64,000 bases of DNA, taken from Bacteroidota bacterium. Lineage in GTDB: Bacteria; Bacteroidota; Bacteroidia; Bacteroidales; CAIWKO01. Made by a program: the position numbers and the translations under genes. Shown piece by piece: positions 54,762-64,000 of the stretch (position 1 is the stretch's first letter; every line of letters begins with the position of its first letter). The notes beneath the pieces were generated by a model. It worked only from the letters and a program-made list of their open reading frames with translations, did no database searches and was not told where the DNA came from. The stretch spans positions 12,742 through 76,741 of the forward strand of contig JBAXWF010000010.1 of the NCBI GenBank assembly GCA_037128515.1, read 5' to 3'.

Positions 54762-57700
54762 TTACTCATTGGGGTTTTCGTTTTGATTTTCGTTGGGATC
54801 GCCCGATTGGCCAATCTTTTTAAGAAAATCGTTTTTGCGTTTTTCGGTAGCAATTATAAAAGCATATTGGGGCTGTTTGTCTTCGGCTTTTAGAATGTTT
54901 TTATCTGATTCCATAGCTTTTTTTATCAAATCGTTGTAGTCTTTTCGTGACGAAATGGATTGCAGTTTGTTCATTTGATAGTTGAAGAAAAACCAATCGT
55001 TGCCTGTTTCGAAATACATGTTGAGTATGTTACCGCTGCGCTTGCGCGAAATTTCGATATAGCCTGTAACATATTTGTTGATTTGATTATCGCCTATCAT
55101 TGCCAAACCAATGAGCCCTTCGGAAACAAAGGAACGGGATTTTGAATTCCATTGAAATTTTAAATCGGAGAAAACCATGTTGTGAAGCAGTTCGTCGGGT
55201 ATGCTTTTGAATTTGCCCGAAAGGCTAAGCTGGCTAAGAAGTTCGTCGGCTTTTTTGGTGCCAACCAGCATACACATGGCATTGTAAAATTTATCGGCAC
55301 CCGGGTCGGCAGGTGTGAGGCTGTTGTTATCTTGAATGGATTTGGTGAGTACGGCTGTGGCATCTTTATCAAAGAAATAGTCGAGTGTAACCATCAAATC
55401 AAAGAGGGTGTTGCCTGTGGTCATGTTATGTTCCACCCGCCCATACGACTCAAGTTTTACGCGGCCCAAATTGGCACTTAAATTCACTTTGCCTACACCA
55501 AAAACTTTGCAGTTTTGCTTGTCGAGATACACATAATTTTCGGGTTTTGGATCTTTTGCCGCAGAATCGATTTCGGGACCCACATAGTATCGTTGTTGTG
55601 CTTTGTCGTAGATTAATCTGCCTGTGGCCGAAATAACCTCGTCGTCGCTAAAACGTTTTTTGTAGTCGACAAAAGCAGGATACACCAAGGTGGAATCGTC
55701 GCCCATATAGAGCCCCATACCCAAAAGTTCGCCACTTGCACCTTTAACGTATTCTTTGGGTTTGTCGGAAATTGGAATCGCAACATTTTTGGGGTCAATA
55801 TCGGCTGTAAACCGCAACCATTTTCGTTTTAAGGTATCGCAATCGTGTTTAATCATGGCTCCGCCATCAAAGTTCAGAAATTCTTTTTCGGCATACAAAT
55901 AGGCCTTTCCTGTGAACCCAAAGAAAGGACTTAACGTGAAATTTGCTTGCTCATTGATATCGCCAACACCATAGGTTTGACCGGCAGAATCAACTTTGAT
56001 GGTGTTGAGATATATTTTTTGGCGGGTATCCATTTCATCAACATAGTCGTAGTTGCCCGTTCCAGAATATTTTTTACGGGAAAAGATTTCGGCTGAAGCA
56101 TCGTAGATATAATGAACTTTGTTTTGGGTGTTGGCAATGATTTTGCAGTTTTTGAGCGGCAGCATTTCGGCTTTCTTGAGTACGGTGACTTTACCCGAAT
56201 CGGGGAAAATTGCCGCATCGGCCACTAAAATCACGGGGACATCGGTAGCATATATAATGTTCTCGTTCAGATTGTAGGTGGCATCGGGAGCATAAAAATT
56301 GAGGGAATCTTGGGCAGGATGTTCGGAAACGAAATACGATTTTTTAAGATCCTCGTCGATGAGTTCTTTTTTGGATTTTGTTTTAAGATACGCGTAATCG
56401 GATTTTAAACTGCTGTGGAATTCGAGCAAATCTTTGTCCATGTGCCAATCAAAATTGTAGAGATAGCAGGCATAATTATTGAAAGGGAAGGTAATTTTTG
56501 ACCTTTCATCATTTGATTTGAATTTTCCTAATTGTTTTGTGAAATCAATGTTTACGTTAAAATTATCGGTTTGAAGCACCAAATCGTTGAGGTCGGGTGT
56601 TTTAAATTTTACCCTAGTCGTATCGGAAGTAAAGGAAAGGTGTTTGAAGTTATACTCATCAGAAAGCATTTCCACCTTGCCAAAAATCATGGTACCCTTG
56701 GCCGAAAGTCCACTTGGTTTAACGCTCAAACCGCCGTTTAATATTGCTTTTGATTTGAATAAATCAATAGGTTTTGATTGCTGCTCAACGTTCATAATAT
56801 CTTTATAGGGATACCACCTCACATCCACATCTTCGGCATACACAGCAGGGTATTCAACCGGAGTTGGTTTTTCCTGAATGGTGTATTTGTCGGCTTCGGC
56901 CCAAAGCGAATCGGGAAAAAAAACAAAGTCTTTGGAGTGTGTTACCGAGGTAAGATATTTGAGTGTACCTTTTCCCAAAAAGCCTTTATAACTCAAATCA
57001 ACAATGGAATCGTATTTTCCTTTGCCGCCATAGGCCGGGTATCCACCAACCGGCGTCGTGATTACGAAACCAAGAGAATAATCCGGTTGTACAACCAGTG
57101 GCTGAACAATATCGGGAAAAATACCTGCCGAAACCAAGTAGCCGTTAAATTCTTTCTTTTCACTGTTGTAGCTGTCCAAACTATCGATGCGGAATGGTTG
57201 AAGCCGATAATAAAAGCGGTCGCGCGAATACACTTTTTTATAAATAAACGGTTTGTCGTAATAAACATAGGCATCCTTTTTACTTATAAACGATGGAAAT
57301 GACGGGAAAGGTTTGAGGCCTGATTTGTTGTTAGGATGGTCAACAAGCATTTCACCCGTAAGGTCTTCAATAACGGTTCGCACTTTAACGAGGGGGTGGT
57401 GTCCATATAAATCAACAGGTTGTGATCGGTCTTGTACTTTAAAACTCATAGAATCGACCATGGGCATATCAAATTTGAACTTATCGTAGCTAAACGCGAA
57501 TTTTTTTCCATAGAAATCAAATAAACCTGCGTGAATTTTTCCATCGAATTCGAAATCACGATTTTTCTTTAAAGTAAGTTCCTGCTCGTAAGGATCAACA
57601 TAAACAGCTTGCGAATCGCTCAGAAAAACACGGGCAACACCGCGCAGCCGCAATTCAAAATTCAATAGGTTCAACGTGCCATTGGGTTGCGATGAAATTA

Positions 57701-59306
57701 CCGAGTTAAACTGAATGACATCGTAATCGGTTTTTCCATTTTTTGAATTTATGTAATTGTAAATTCGGTCTTTTAATACCACGATTCCATCATCGATATT
57801 ATAAATCACAAATCCTTTTTCGGCAAAATTGAGTAAGAGTACTTGTACTTGAACGCGTGAAACTTTCATTTTGCTTATAATATCATCTTCGGTAATCGTT
57901 TTAGAGCCTTTTTCATCGGCAATTCGTTTCAAAATAATTAAAGGATGTGTGTCGTCCATGCCTCTGAGTTTTTCCCAACGGTATTCGTTGTAATAATTAT
58001 CCGATTCAAAAATAGCTGTACTTTCGCTGGTAAGACCTTTAACAAATGTAAAATCGATTTTTGGTTGGTCAAGTTTCCAGTACATTGCCTCAAAATACAT
58101 ATCGATTTTGTGATAGGTATCAAAGTAGGGGCTTTTTGAAATACCATTTTTATCGCGTATCAAACTCAGTTCGCGATTTTCGTTATTATATTTCATGTTA
58201 ACGCCAGGGTGAGATATAGAATCTTTATCCACATAAATTACAACGGCTGTAATGTCTGAACCAATCATATCCTTTCGAATGATAAATTCTTTTGAACTGA
58301 GTTTAACAAAACATTTATTGTCTTTATTAAAATACAAAAATGCTTTTTGGTCTTTGTCGCCTTTTCCCATTAGTTTGGGCCCGTACATGGCAAATCCGCC
58401 AGCGTAATCAATATCTTTAAAAATGTTTTTAATTTCCAAACGATTGTCGAACGAGGTGAAACGCGGATAGGAAACACGGCTTTCGTCCACATCGGCCAAT
58501 ACTTTTTCTTCGAGTTTGCCGTACAATGGTCGTGAAAAAAAGTTGGTGTTGTAGAAAGTAACCGAGTCAACTTCAAATTCGGAACGACTTAACTGAATAG
58601 TGTACTTTTTATGAATCTCGGCATGCACTTCTTCGTGAGGAAATTTTGCGCGATCCCAATACACATTTCCGTTTTTACCAACCCAATTGTTGGATGTTGG
58701 ATAAAATCGACCTTGTGTATTATAAATGGTAGTACTATCGTTTTTTTTGATGCACGTTAAATCAAGAGAAGGAAATTCGAAATAGGGTACGGAATCATAT
58801 TTAAAAGTATAGTCAGATGAATTCGATTTCCACGAAGTAAGCTGCGAATCGTATAAATAGTTTTTGGAAAGCAATAAATTTGTTGACTCGAGCAAGGCCA
58901 TAAATCGAATGTTGTTAGTCATGGCAGCTAATTTTCGTAAACATACATGCCAGGCAGCATAGCTTTCGTTGGTTTGTTTTGATTTGAAATAATTAATTTC
59001 TGCACGCAGGTATTGTTCAAAATTGGGGAAGGTTTTCATTTTGCGTTTGAGCATCACATTGCACATGGCATAGATTGAATCTTTTGAATCCTGTGTAAAT
59101 TTGTTCGTAAGCCATAAATCGGAAAACTCTGTCATTAGTACTTTTCCTAAATCTTTCTGTTCTTTTGACGAAACAGCATCAAACATATCCGAAAGTTCTT
59201 TTAAGAATGTTTCGGAAGGTTTTGAAAACTGTTTAAGTGGCTGTGAAAAAATCTGTATGGACGAAAGAAAGAAAAATAGGAGAAATACGAAATAGATTTT
59301 TTTCAT
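54762..59306 (-). CDS. Very large secreted hypothetical protein (1514 aa)
   Basis: Uninterrupted 4.5-kb ORF with a signal peptide (MKKIYFVFLLFFFLSSIQIFSQ), ordinary globular composition and an acidic N/E/P tail. It lies 13 nt downstream of prmA and is probably co-transcribed. No domain was recognised by eye. Confidence 0.8.
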   Translation of the reverse strand: MKKIYFVFLLFFFLSSIQIFSQPLKQFSKPSETFLKELSDMFDAVSSKEQKDLGKVLMTEFSDLWLTNKFTQDSKDSIYAMCNVMLKRKMKTFPNFEQYLRAEINYFKSKQTNESYAAWHVCLRKLAAMTNNIRFMALLESTNLLLSKNYLYDSQLTSWKSNSSDYTFKYDSVPYFEFPSLDLTCIKKNDSTTIYNTQGRFYPTSNNWVGKNGNVYWDRAKFPHEEVHAEIHKKYTIQLSRSEFEVDSVTFYNTNFFSRPLYGKLEEKVLADVDESRVSYPRFTSFDNRLEIKNIFKDIDYAGGFAMYGPKLMGKGDKDQKAFLYFNKDNKCFVKLSSKEFIIRKDMIGSDITAVVIYVDKDSISHPGVNMKYNNENRELSLIRDKNGISKSPYFDTYHKIDMYFEAMYWKLDQPKIDFTFVKGLTSESTAIFESDNYYNEYRWEKLRGMDDTHPLIILKRIADEKGSKTITEDDIISKMKVSRVQVQVLLLNFAEKGFVIYNIDDGIVVLKDRIYNYINSKNGKTDYDVIQFNSVISSQPNGTLNLLNFELRLRGVARVFLSDSQAVYVDPYEQELTLKKNRDFEFDGKIHAGLFDFYGKKFAFSYDKFKFDMPMVDSMSFKVQDRSQPVDLYGHHPLVKVRTVIEDLTGEMLVDHPNNKSGLKPFPSFPSFISKKDAYVYYDKPFIYKKVYSRDRFYYRLQPFRIDSLDSYNSEKKEFNGYLVSAGIFPDIVQPLVVQPDYSLGFVITTPVGGYPAYGGKGKYDSIVDLSYKGFLGKGTLKYLTSVTHSKDFVFFPDSLWAEADKYTIQEKPTPVEYPAVYAEDVDVRWYPYKDIMNVEQQSKPIDLFKSKAILNGGLSVKPSGLSAKGTMIFGKVEMLSDEYNFKHLSFTSDTTRVKFKTPDLNDLVLQTDNFNVNIDFTKQLGKFKSNDERSKITFPFNNYACYLYNFDWHMDKDLLEFHSSLKSDYAYLKTKSKKELIDEDLKKSYFVSEHPAQDSLNFYAPDATYNLNENIIYATDVPVILVADAAIFPDSGKVTVLKKAEMLPLKNCKIIANTQNKVHYIYDASAEIFSRKKYSGTGNYDYVDEMDTRQKIYLNTIKVDSAGQTYGVGDINEQANFTLSPFFGFTGKAYLYAEKEFLNFDGGAMIKHDCDTLKRKWLRFTADIDPKNVAIPISDKPKEYVKGASGELLGMGLYMGDDSTLVYPAFVDYKKRFSDDEVISATGRLIYDKAQQRYYVGPEIDSAAKDPKPENYVYLDKQNCKVFGVGKVNLSANLGRVKLESYGRVEHNMTTGNTLFDLMVTLDYFFDKDATAVLTKSIQDNNSLTPADPGADKFYNAMCMLVGTKKADELLSQLSLSGKFKSIPDELLHNMVFSDLKFQWNSKSRSFVSEGLIGLAMIGDNQINKYVTGYIEISRKRSGNILNMYFETGNDWFFFNYQMNKLQSISSRKDYNDLIKKAMESDKNILKAEDKQPQYAFIIATEKRKNDFLKKIGQSGDPNENQNENPNE

Positions 59307-59319
59307 ACGAATGAAAAGT

Positions 59320-60150
59320 TTAACTTTTTATATATACCGACGCACACCAATTATGTAATGTTACATAACGTTGAAATTTCAAATCAAATTGTGTTGTTTT
59401 TTCATTAATTATTGCTAAATCCTTTTCATAGAATCCGCTTAACATTAAAACGCCGTTTTTGTTTAGTGCCGCATGGTATGTGGGGATATCATTCAAAAGG
59501 ATATTTCGGTTGATATTTGCCATAATAAAATCGAAATTTTTATTCTTTAGCAAGCTTGCATCGCCCAGTTCAACATGTATTTCCTCAGCATGGTTCGCAA
59601 CAATATTTTTTTTGGCATTATTAAAAGCCCATGCTTCGTTATCAATTGCCTGAATGGGATTCGCGCCCATTTTGTATGCCAGAATGGCTAATAGGGCAGT
59701 GCCACATCCCATATCGAGCAAGCTTTTTCCTTTAACAGCCTGTTCGAGCAATAGCTTTGCCATGAGGTGGGTCGTTTCGTGATGTCCTGTTCCGAACGAC
59801 ATTTCGGGTTCAATAATAATTTCGTGCATAAACCCTTTCTTTTCGGGATGAAAAGGAGCACGAATATAACAAAGATTTTCGATTTCAACCGCTTCGAAAT
59901 TACTTTCCCAAACCACATTCCAGTTTTGGTCGGCAATTTTTTGCATCGTTTGCTTAATTCCAATTTCAGGGTTCCTAAATATATCCAACTGTTTAAATTG
60001 AACTTCATCGAAATTCTTCTCGGGGATGTAGGCCTGAAAACCATTGTCGGTTTCAACAAAACTTTCGAAACCAAACTCGGAAAATTCGGCAATAACAATT
60101 TCAATAAATCGGGGCGGGCATACTTCGCAATTCACTTCTATGTAAATCAT
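59320..60150 (-). CDS. prmA: Ribosomal protein L11 methyltransferase
   Basis: 276 aa with FGTGHHETT and the SAM motif LLDMGCGTALLAI, both typical of PrmA. Confidence 0.92.
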   Translation of the reverse strand: MIYIEVNCEVCPPRFIEIVIAEFSEFGFESFVETDNGFQAYIPEKNFDEVQFKQLDIFRNPEIGIKQTMQKIADQNWNVVWESNFEAVEIENLCYIRAPFHPEKKGFMHEIIIEPEMSFGTGHHETTHLMAKLLLEQAVKGKSLLDMGCGTALLAILAYKMGANPIQAIDNEAWAFNNAKKNIVANHAEEIHVELGDASLLKNKNFDFIMANINRNILLNDIPTYHAALNKNGVLMLSGFYEKDLAIINEKTTQFDLKFQRYVTLHNWCASVYIKS

Positions 60151-60932
60151 ACCGCTTTGCTGAGGGCTTCAACCATGTCTATAAAATCAAGCGCTATGAG
60201 CGATGCACCCCCAATGAGCCCGCCATCCACATCGGGCATGCCAAACAATTCGAAGGCATTTTTTGGATTACAACTTCCGCCATACAAGACAGAAATTTTT
60301 TCTGCAACTTCTTTTCCATAACGGGCGGCAATTACTTTGCGTATGTGGCTGTGCATTTCTTGCGCCTGTTGTGGTGTTGCTGTGAGACCGGTTCCAATTG
60401 CCCAAACTGGCTCATAGGCAATAACAATAGGCGTAAATTTTTTAACTTCTAAATGAAATAGCGAAGACATTAACTGCTTTTCGATGACATCAAAATGCGT
60501 AGAAGTTTCCCGCTCTGATAGCATTTCGCCCACACAAAAAATAGGACTCAAACCATTGTTTAATGCTGCATCTACTTTTTTTGCCAATATTTTAGCATCT
60601 TCGCTAAAATATTTTCTGCGTTCGGAATGACCAAGAATAACAAATTCGGCACCTGTTGAACGTATCATGGCAGCCGAAACTTCGCCTGTGTATGCTCCGC
60701 TTTCTTCTGAAGAACAGTTTTGGGCAGCTATAAAAATATTGGGCAAGTCTTTTACTTTTTTATAACTTTCATACATGCTCGTAAAAGGTGGTGCAATAAC
60801 AATTTTTAAATATTTTCTGTTATAATATCTGGCTTTGGGTTTCAAACGTTCTACCAAATCAGTTATCAAATGATAGGACTCGGGCAAAGTGTTGTTCATT
60901 TTCCAATTTGCTACTATGAATTGTTTTCTCAT
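60147..60932 (-). CDS. tpiA: Triosephosphate isomerase
   Basis: The start is taken at MRKQFIVANWKMN (canonical) rather than the TTG at 60953. It has LGHSERR and AYEPVWAIGTG. Confidence 0.95.
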   Translation of the reverse strand: MRKQFIVANWKMNNTLPESYHLITDLVERLKPKARYYNRKYLKIVIAPPFTSMYESYKKVKDLPNIFIAAQNCSSEESGAYTGEVSAAMIRSTGAEFVILGHSERRKYFSEDAKILAKKVDAALNNGLSPIFCVGEMLSERETSTHFDVIEKQLMSSLFHLEVKKFTPIVIAYEPVWAIGTGLTATPQQAQEMHSHIRKVIAARYGKEVAEKISVLYGGSCNPKNAFELFGMPDVDGGLIGGASLIALDFIDMVEALSKAV

Positions 60933-60967
60933 AAACTGAAACTTAGGTACCAAAAATTTTTAAAAGA

Positions 60968-60975
60968 CAAAAATA
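60968..60975 (-). promoter_or_regulatory. Bacteroidota -7 promoter box (TATTTTTG on the minus strand) for tpiA-prmA-large ORF
   Basis: CAAAAATA on +, 36 nt upstream of the ATG at 60932. Confidence 0.4.
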
Positions 60976-61130
60976 CGTTTTTCGCAAAGATTGATGTCAA
61001 TATTTTCGTTTTATAAAGCCGTTTTATGTTTAATTTTATTACATCAATACAATTTCTCCTATAATCGCACAATGGTTTTGAAATTTTGCTTAGGTTTGTG
61101 TTGATTTCAACTCGAATAATTATAAAAGCC

Positions 61131-63041
61131 ATGACTATTCCCGAATTGTTTAAAAATGCCGTGAAACGCTATGGTCGCAACCCCTTACTTTGGGAAAAGA
61201 CCACGAATGAGTACATCAGCATGTCGTATGATGCTGCTTATAAAAAGGTTTGTGTGGTTGCTCAGGGCCTTTTATCGCTGGGGTTAAAGAAAAACGATAA
61301 GGTGGTGTTGTTATCGGAAGGTAGGAGCGATTGGATTATCAGCGAACTGGCGGTTTTGTTTTCGGGTGGGGTTTGTGTGCCCGTTTCGGTGAAGATTGAT
61401 GAACTGCTTGAATTGAAATTTCGTATTGATCATTCCGACTCCCGTTATATTATTGTTTCGGCACGACAACTTTATAAAATAGAAAAGCTCTACGAAGGTT
61501 TACCTAAAGTTGAAAAAATAATTGTTATGGATGCAGGTAAGTATCCCAATGATACATTTATTTCGTTGGATGAGGTGATAAACCAAGGCACAATTTATAG
61601 TAACGCACATCCGGGGAATTTAGATGAATTTGTACAGCAAATTGTGCCCAATGACCTGGCCAATATTTGTTACACTTCAGGAACCACTGCCGACCCCAAA
61701 GGCATTATGCTTTCGCATTTAAACTATACTGCCAATGCCGAACAATCGTGCACACTATTTGATGTGCCCCAATGGTATGTATCACTAATGATATTGCCAT
61801 GGGATCATTCATTTGCCCACACGGTGGGCATTTACACGCTGATGAAAAACGGGGCAAGCATTGCTTCGGTGCAAATGGGCAAGACTGCGCTCGAAACCTT
61901 AAAGAATATTCCTTTAAATATCAAGGAAACCAAACCCGTGTTTTTATTGAGTGTTCCGGCATTGGCAAAGAACTTTAAAAATTCCATTGAGAAGTCAATT
62001 CGCGAGAAAGGTAAATTTGCTGAAATGCTATTTACATTGGCATTGAAAATTGCCTACTTTTATAATTCCTACGGTTTCAACAAAGGAAAAGGCCTACGAA
62101 TTATAGCACGTCCACTGCATGGGTTGTTCCACAAAATGCTGTTTAAAAAAATACGTGCTGCCTTTGGCGGTCGGCTCAATTTCTTTGTGGGTGGCGGTGC
62201 ATTGTTGGATATGGAGTTTCAAAAGTTTTTTTATGCTATTGGCATTCCAATGTATCAGGGTTACGGACTTAGTGAAGCATCGCCGGTGATAGCTTCAAAC
62301 ACTCCCGAATTTCATAAACTGGGCTCATCGGGCAAACCGGTGGTGAATATGCTATTGCGCATTCGCGATGAAAAAGGAAACGATTTGCCCACGGGGCAAA
62401 AAGGCGAAATTGTGGTGAAAGGCCACAATGTGATGGTGGGTTATTGGAAAAACGAAAATGCTACAGCCGAAACCATTCGCAATGGGTGGTTATATACGGG
62501 CGATGTGGGCTATGTGGATGTCGATGGTTTTTTATATGTGATGGGGCGTTTTAAAAGTTTGCTTATAAGCAGCGATGGAGAAAAGTACAGTCCCGAAGCC
62601 ATTGAGGAAGCATTGGTTGCGACAGCGCATTTGATTGAACAGGTGATGTTGTGTAACAACCAAATGCCCTACACTGTGGCTTTGGTGGTGTTGAATGCCA
62701 CCCAAGTTCGCAATTACATTCAGCACAAACAACTGCATAGTGTTAGCAACCAAGCCACAAAATTATTGCTAAAAGCTGTTCAACACCAGATAAATGAGTA
62801 TGCCCAAGGGGGAAAACATCATGGTATGTTTCCACAACGATGGATTCCATCCTCGTTTGCCATTATTGATGAAGCTTTTTCGGAGCAAAACGGCATGATA
62901 AATTCAACAATGAAAATGGTGCGCGGAAAAATTACCGCAGCCTATTTGAACCGCATTAACCACATGTACACCTCCGAAGGGAAAGATGTTTGCAATAGCG
63001 AAAATTTGAAATCGGTTGCGATGATTGCCACAAAAAGCTAA
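61131..63041 (+). CDS. Long-chain-fatty-acid--CoA ligase (AMP-dependent synthetase/ligase)
   Basis: The start is taken at MTIPELFKNAVKRYG. The AMP-binding motif YTSGTTADPKG and the later GYGLSE and GWLYTGD blocks are present. Confidence 0.88.
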   Translation: MTIPELFKNAVKRYGRNPLLWEKTTNEYISMSYDAAYKKVCVVAQGLLSLGLKKNDKVVLLSEGRSDWIISELAVLFSGGVCVPVSVKIDELLELKFRIDHSDSRYIIVSARQLYKIEKLYEGLPKVEKIIVMDAGKYPNDTFISLDEVINQGTIYSNAHPGNLDEFVQQIVPNDLANICYTSGTTADPKGIMLSHLNYTANAEQSCTLFDVPQWYVSLMILPWDHSFAHTVGIYTLMKNGASIASVQMGKTALETLKNIPLNIKETKPVFLLSVPALAKNFKNSIEKSIREKGKFAEMLFTLALKIAYFYNSYGFNKGKGLRIIARPLHGLFHKMLFKKIRAAFGGRLNFFVGGGALLDMEFQKFFYAIGIPMYQGYGLSEASPVIASNTPEFHKLGSSGKPVVNMLLRIRDEKGNDLPTGQKGEIVVKGHNVMVGYWKNENATAETIRNGWLYTGDVGYVDVDGFLYVMGRFKSLLISSDGEKYSPEAIEEALVATAHLIEQVMLCNNQMPYTVALVVLNATQVRNYIQHKQLHSVSNQATKLLLKAVQHQINEYAQGGKHHGMFPQRWIPSSFAIIDEAFSEQNGMINSTMKMVRGKITAAYLNRINHMYTSEGKDVCNSENLKSVAMIATKS

Positions 63042-63066
63042 GAAAACCATCCGCAAGGCGTGAAGC

Positions 63067-64000
63067 TTATTTGTTTGTTGGCAAACGATTTGAATTCAGT
63101 ATATATTCTGTGGATTGCATCATAGAAAAAGTATAGGATTTCATGCTATCTACTTTTGGTTTTTGCGATGCAATATAGTTTTGGGTACTCAAGTCGGCAT
63201 ACTTGTACAATGTTTCGTTGGTATCCGCACGTATAATCAGGTAATACTGTTTATCTAAACATCCAATTTTATCGTCGGCACAGAAATACATAAAAGGGCG
63301 TTGTTGTTCAAACAAGTTGATACCCATAGTTTTGTTTTCGTAAGGCATATTAAACAAACTGAGCAGGCTTGGTGCTATATCTATTTGGCCACCCAAACAA
63401 TGCAAGGTGTCCGAAATTTGTGACCCGGGTGTGTAAATTAGCAAAGGAACCGAATGATAGGATAGGGGCATATCGTAAGTGTGCCCCATGTTTAAGCCAT
63501 GGTCGGCCACCAGCACAAAGGTAGTGTTGTTGTACCAGCTTTGTTTTGATGCTAATTCCAAAAAATGACCTATGGACCAATCGGCATATTCAATTATTTG
63601 TTGTTCGGGTGTATCCGATTTGGGTTTAAAATCGATATCATCCGGAATGATATAAGGTTTGTGGTCGCTGGCGGTTAAATACACTGCAAAGAAAGGTTTG
63701 TCGGCAGCCGCCTTGGTGTTTAATAGCGGAATAGAAAACTCAAACATTTTATGGTCGAGCACACCGTTGTTGCTCAAAACCAACCCATCGGGATAATCAG
63801 AGTATATATTTTCATAGTCGTTGGCTTTCAAAAATCCGGCTACATTGTCGAATTGGGGGTTGTGGGTGGTGAAATAGGAGGTGGAATACCCTTGTTTTTT
63901 TAAAATACTGCCAAGGCCCTGCTGTGGCACATCCATATATTTTTCTAAAGGTTGCTGCCTGTACAAAGCCGGAAAAGAGAATAGCGTTGCAAACAAGCCA
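63067..64000 (-). CDS. LTA-synthase/sulfatase-family (alkaline-phosphatase superfamily) protein, C-terminal part; the gene continues past the window end
   Basis: The ORF is open to the window edge. The sulfatase-fold blocks (TTHNPQFDN, FVLVADHG) are typical of phosphoglycerol/phosphoethanolamine-transferase-like enzymes. Confidence 0.8.
   Translation of the reverse strand, partial: GLFATLFSFPALYRQQPLEKYMDVPQQGLGSILKKQGYSTSYFTTHNPQFDNVAGFLKANDYENIYSDYPDGLVLSNNGVLDHKMFEFSIPLLNTKAAADKPFFAVYLTASDHKPYIIPDDIDFKPKSDTPEQQIIEYADWSIGHFLELASKQSWYNNTTFVLVADHGLNMGHTYDMPLSYHSVPLLIYTPGSQISDTLHCLGGQIDIAPSLLSLFNMPYENKTMGINLFEQQRPFMYFCADDKIGCLDKQYYLIIRADTNETLYKYADLSTQNYIASQKPKVDSMKSYTFSMMQSTEYILNSNRLPTNK

Overview
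This is a low-GC chromosomal segment that looks like Bacteroidota. Genes lack Shine-Dalgarno sequences, many are preceded by a TAnnTTTG -7 box, and there is an ExbB-ExbD-ExbD-TonB cluster and a short primary sigma factor.

Most of the window is housekeeping. It includes pyrK-pyrD, pyrG, murB, dapF, mltG, rpoD, htrA, tpiA-prmA, a phosphohexomutase and an acyl-CoA ligase. A long minus-strand butyrate/isobutyrate operon runs buk-crt-hbd-thiolase-NMO-hydrolase-acd-etfB-etfA. It faces a fused isobutyryl-CoA mutase (icmF).

I found no rRNA, tRNA, CRISPR array, transposase or integrase.

The unusual content is repeat-based:
1. Arrays of 21-bp (7-codon) tandem repeats occur at five places. Two of them (31453-31620 and 52765-52995) begin right after the TAA stop of the upstream gene and stay open in that gene's frame. 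Their unit-to-unit differences fall mainly on third codon positions.
2. A small paralog family has one intact gene (9377-10120) and two decayed copies (about 23741-24036 and 52711-53006). The copies share near-identical 5-prime blocks and a repeat tract of variable length.
3. A REP-like intergenic element family has at least six copies. Each lies at the 3-prime end of a gene and carries GTAG(G/A)C heptamers, a GCGAAGC mini-hairpin motif and an AGGAAAGGGGAGGCAGTGCC core.
4. These elements bracket two toxin-antitoxin cassettes in a roughly 3.8-kb accessory insertion (6545-10354). The insertion separates the Etf-linked Fe-S oxidoreductase genes from etfBA.
5. An ORF-free 0.6-kb gap (2537-3157) looks like a minus-strand structured RNA with its own promoter box and terminator.

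All functional names come from motif recognition by eye. No database search was run.
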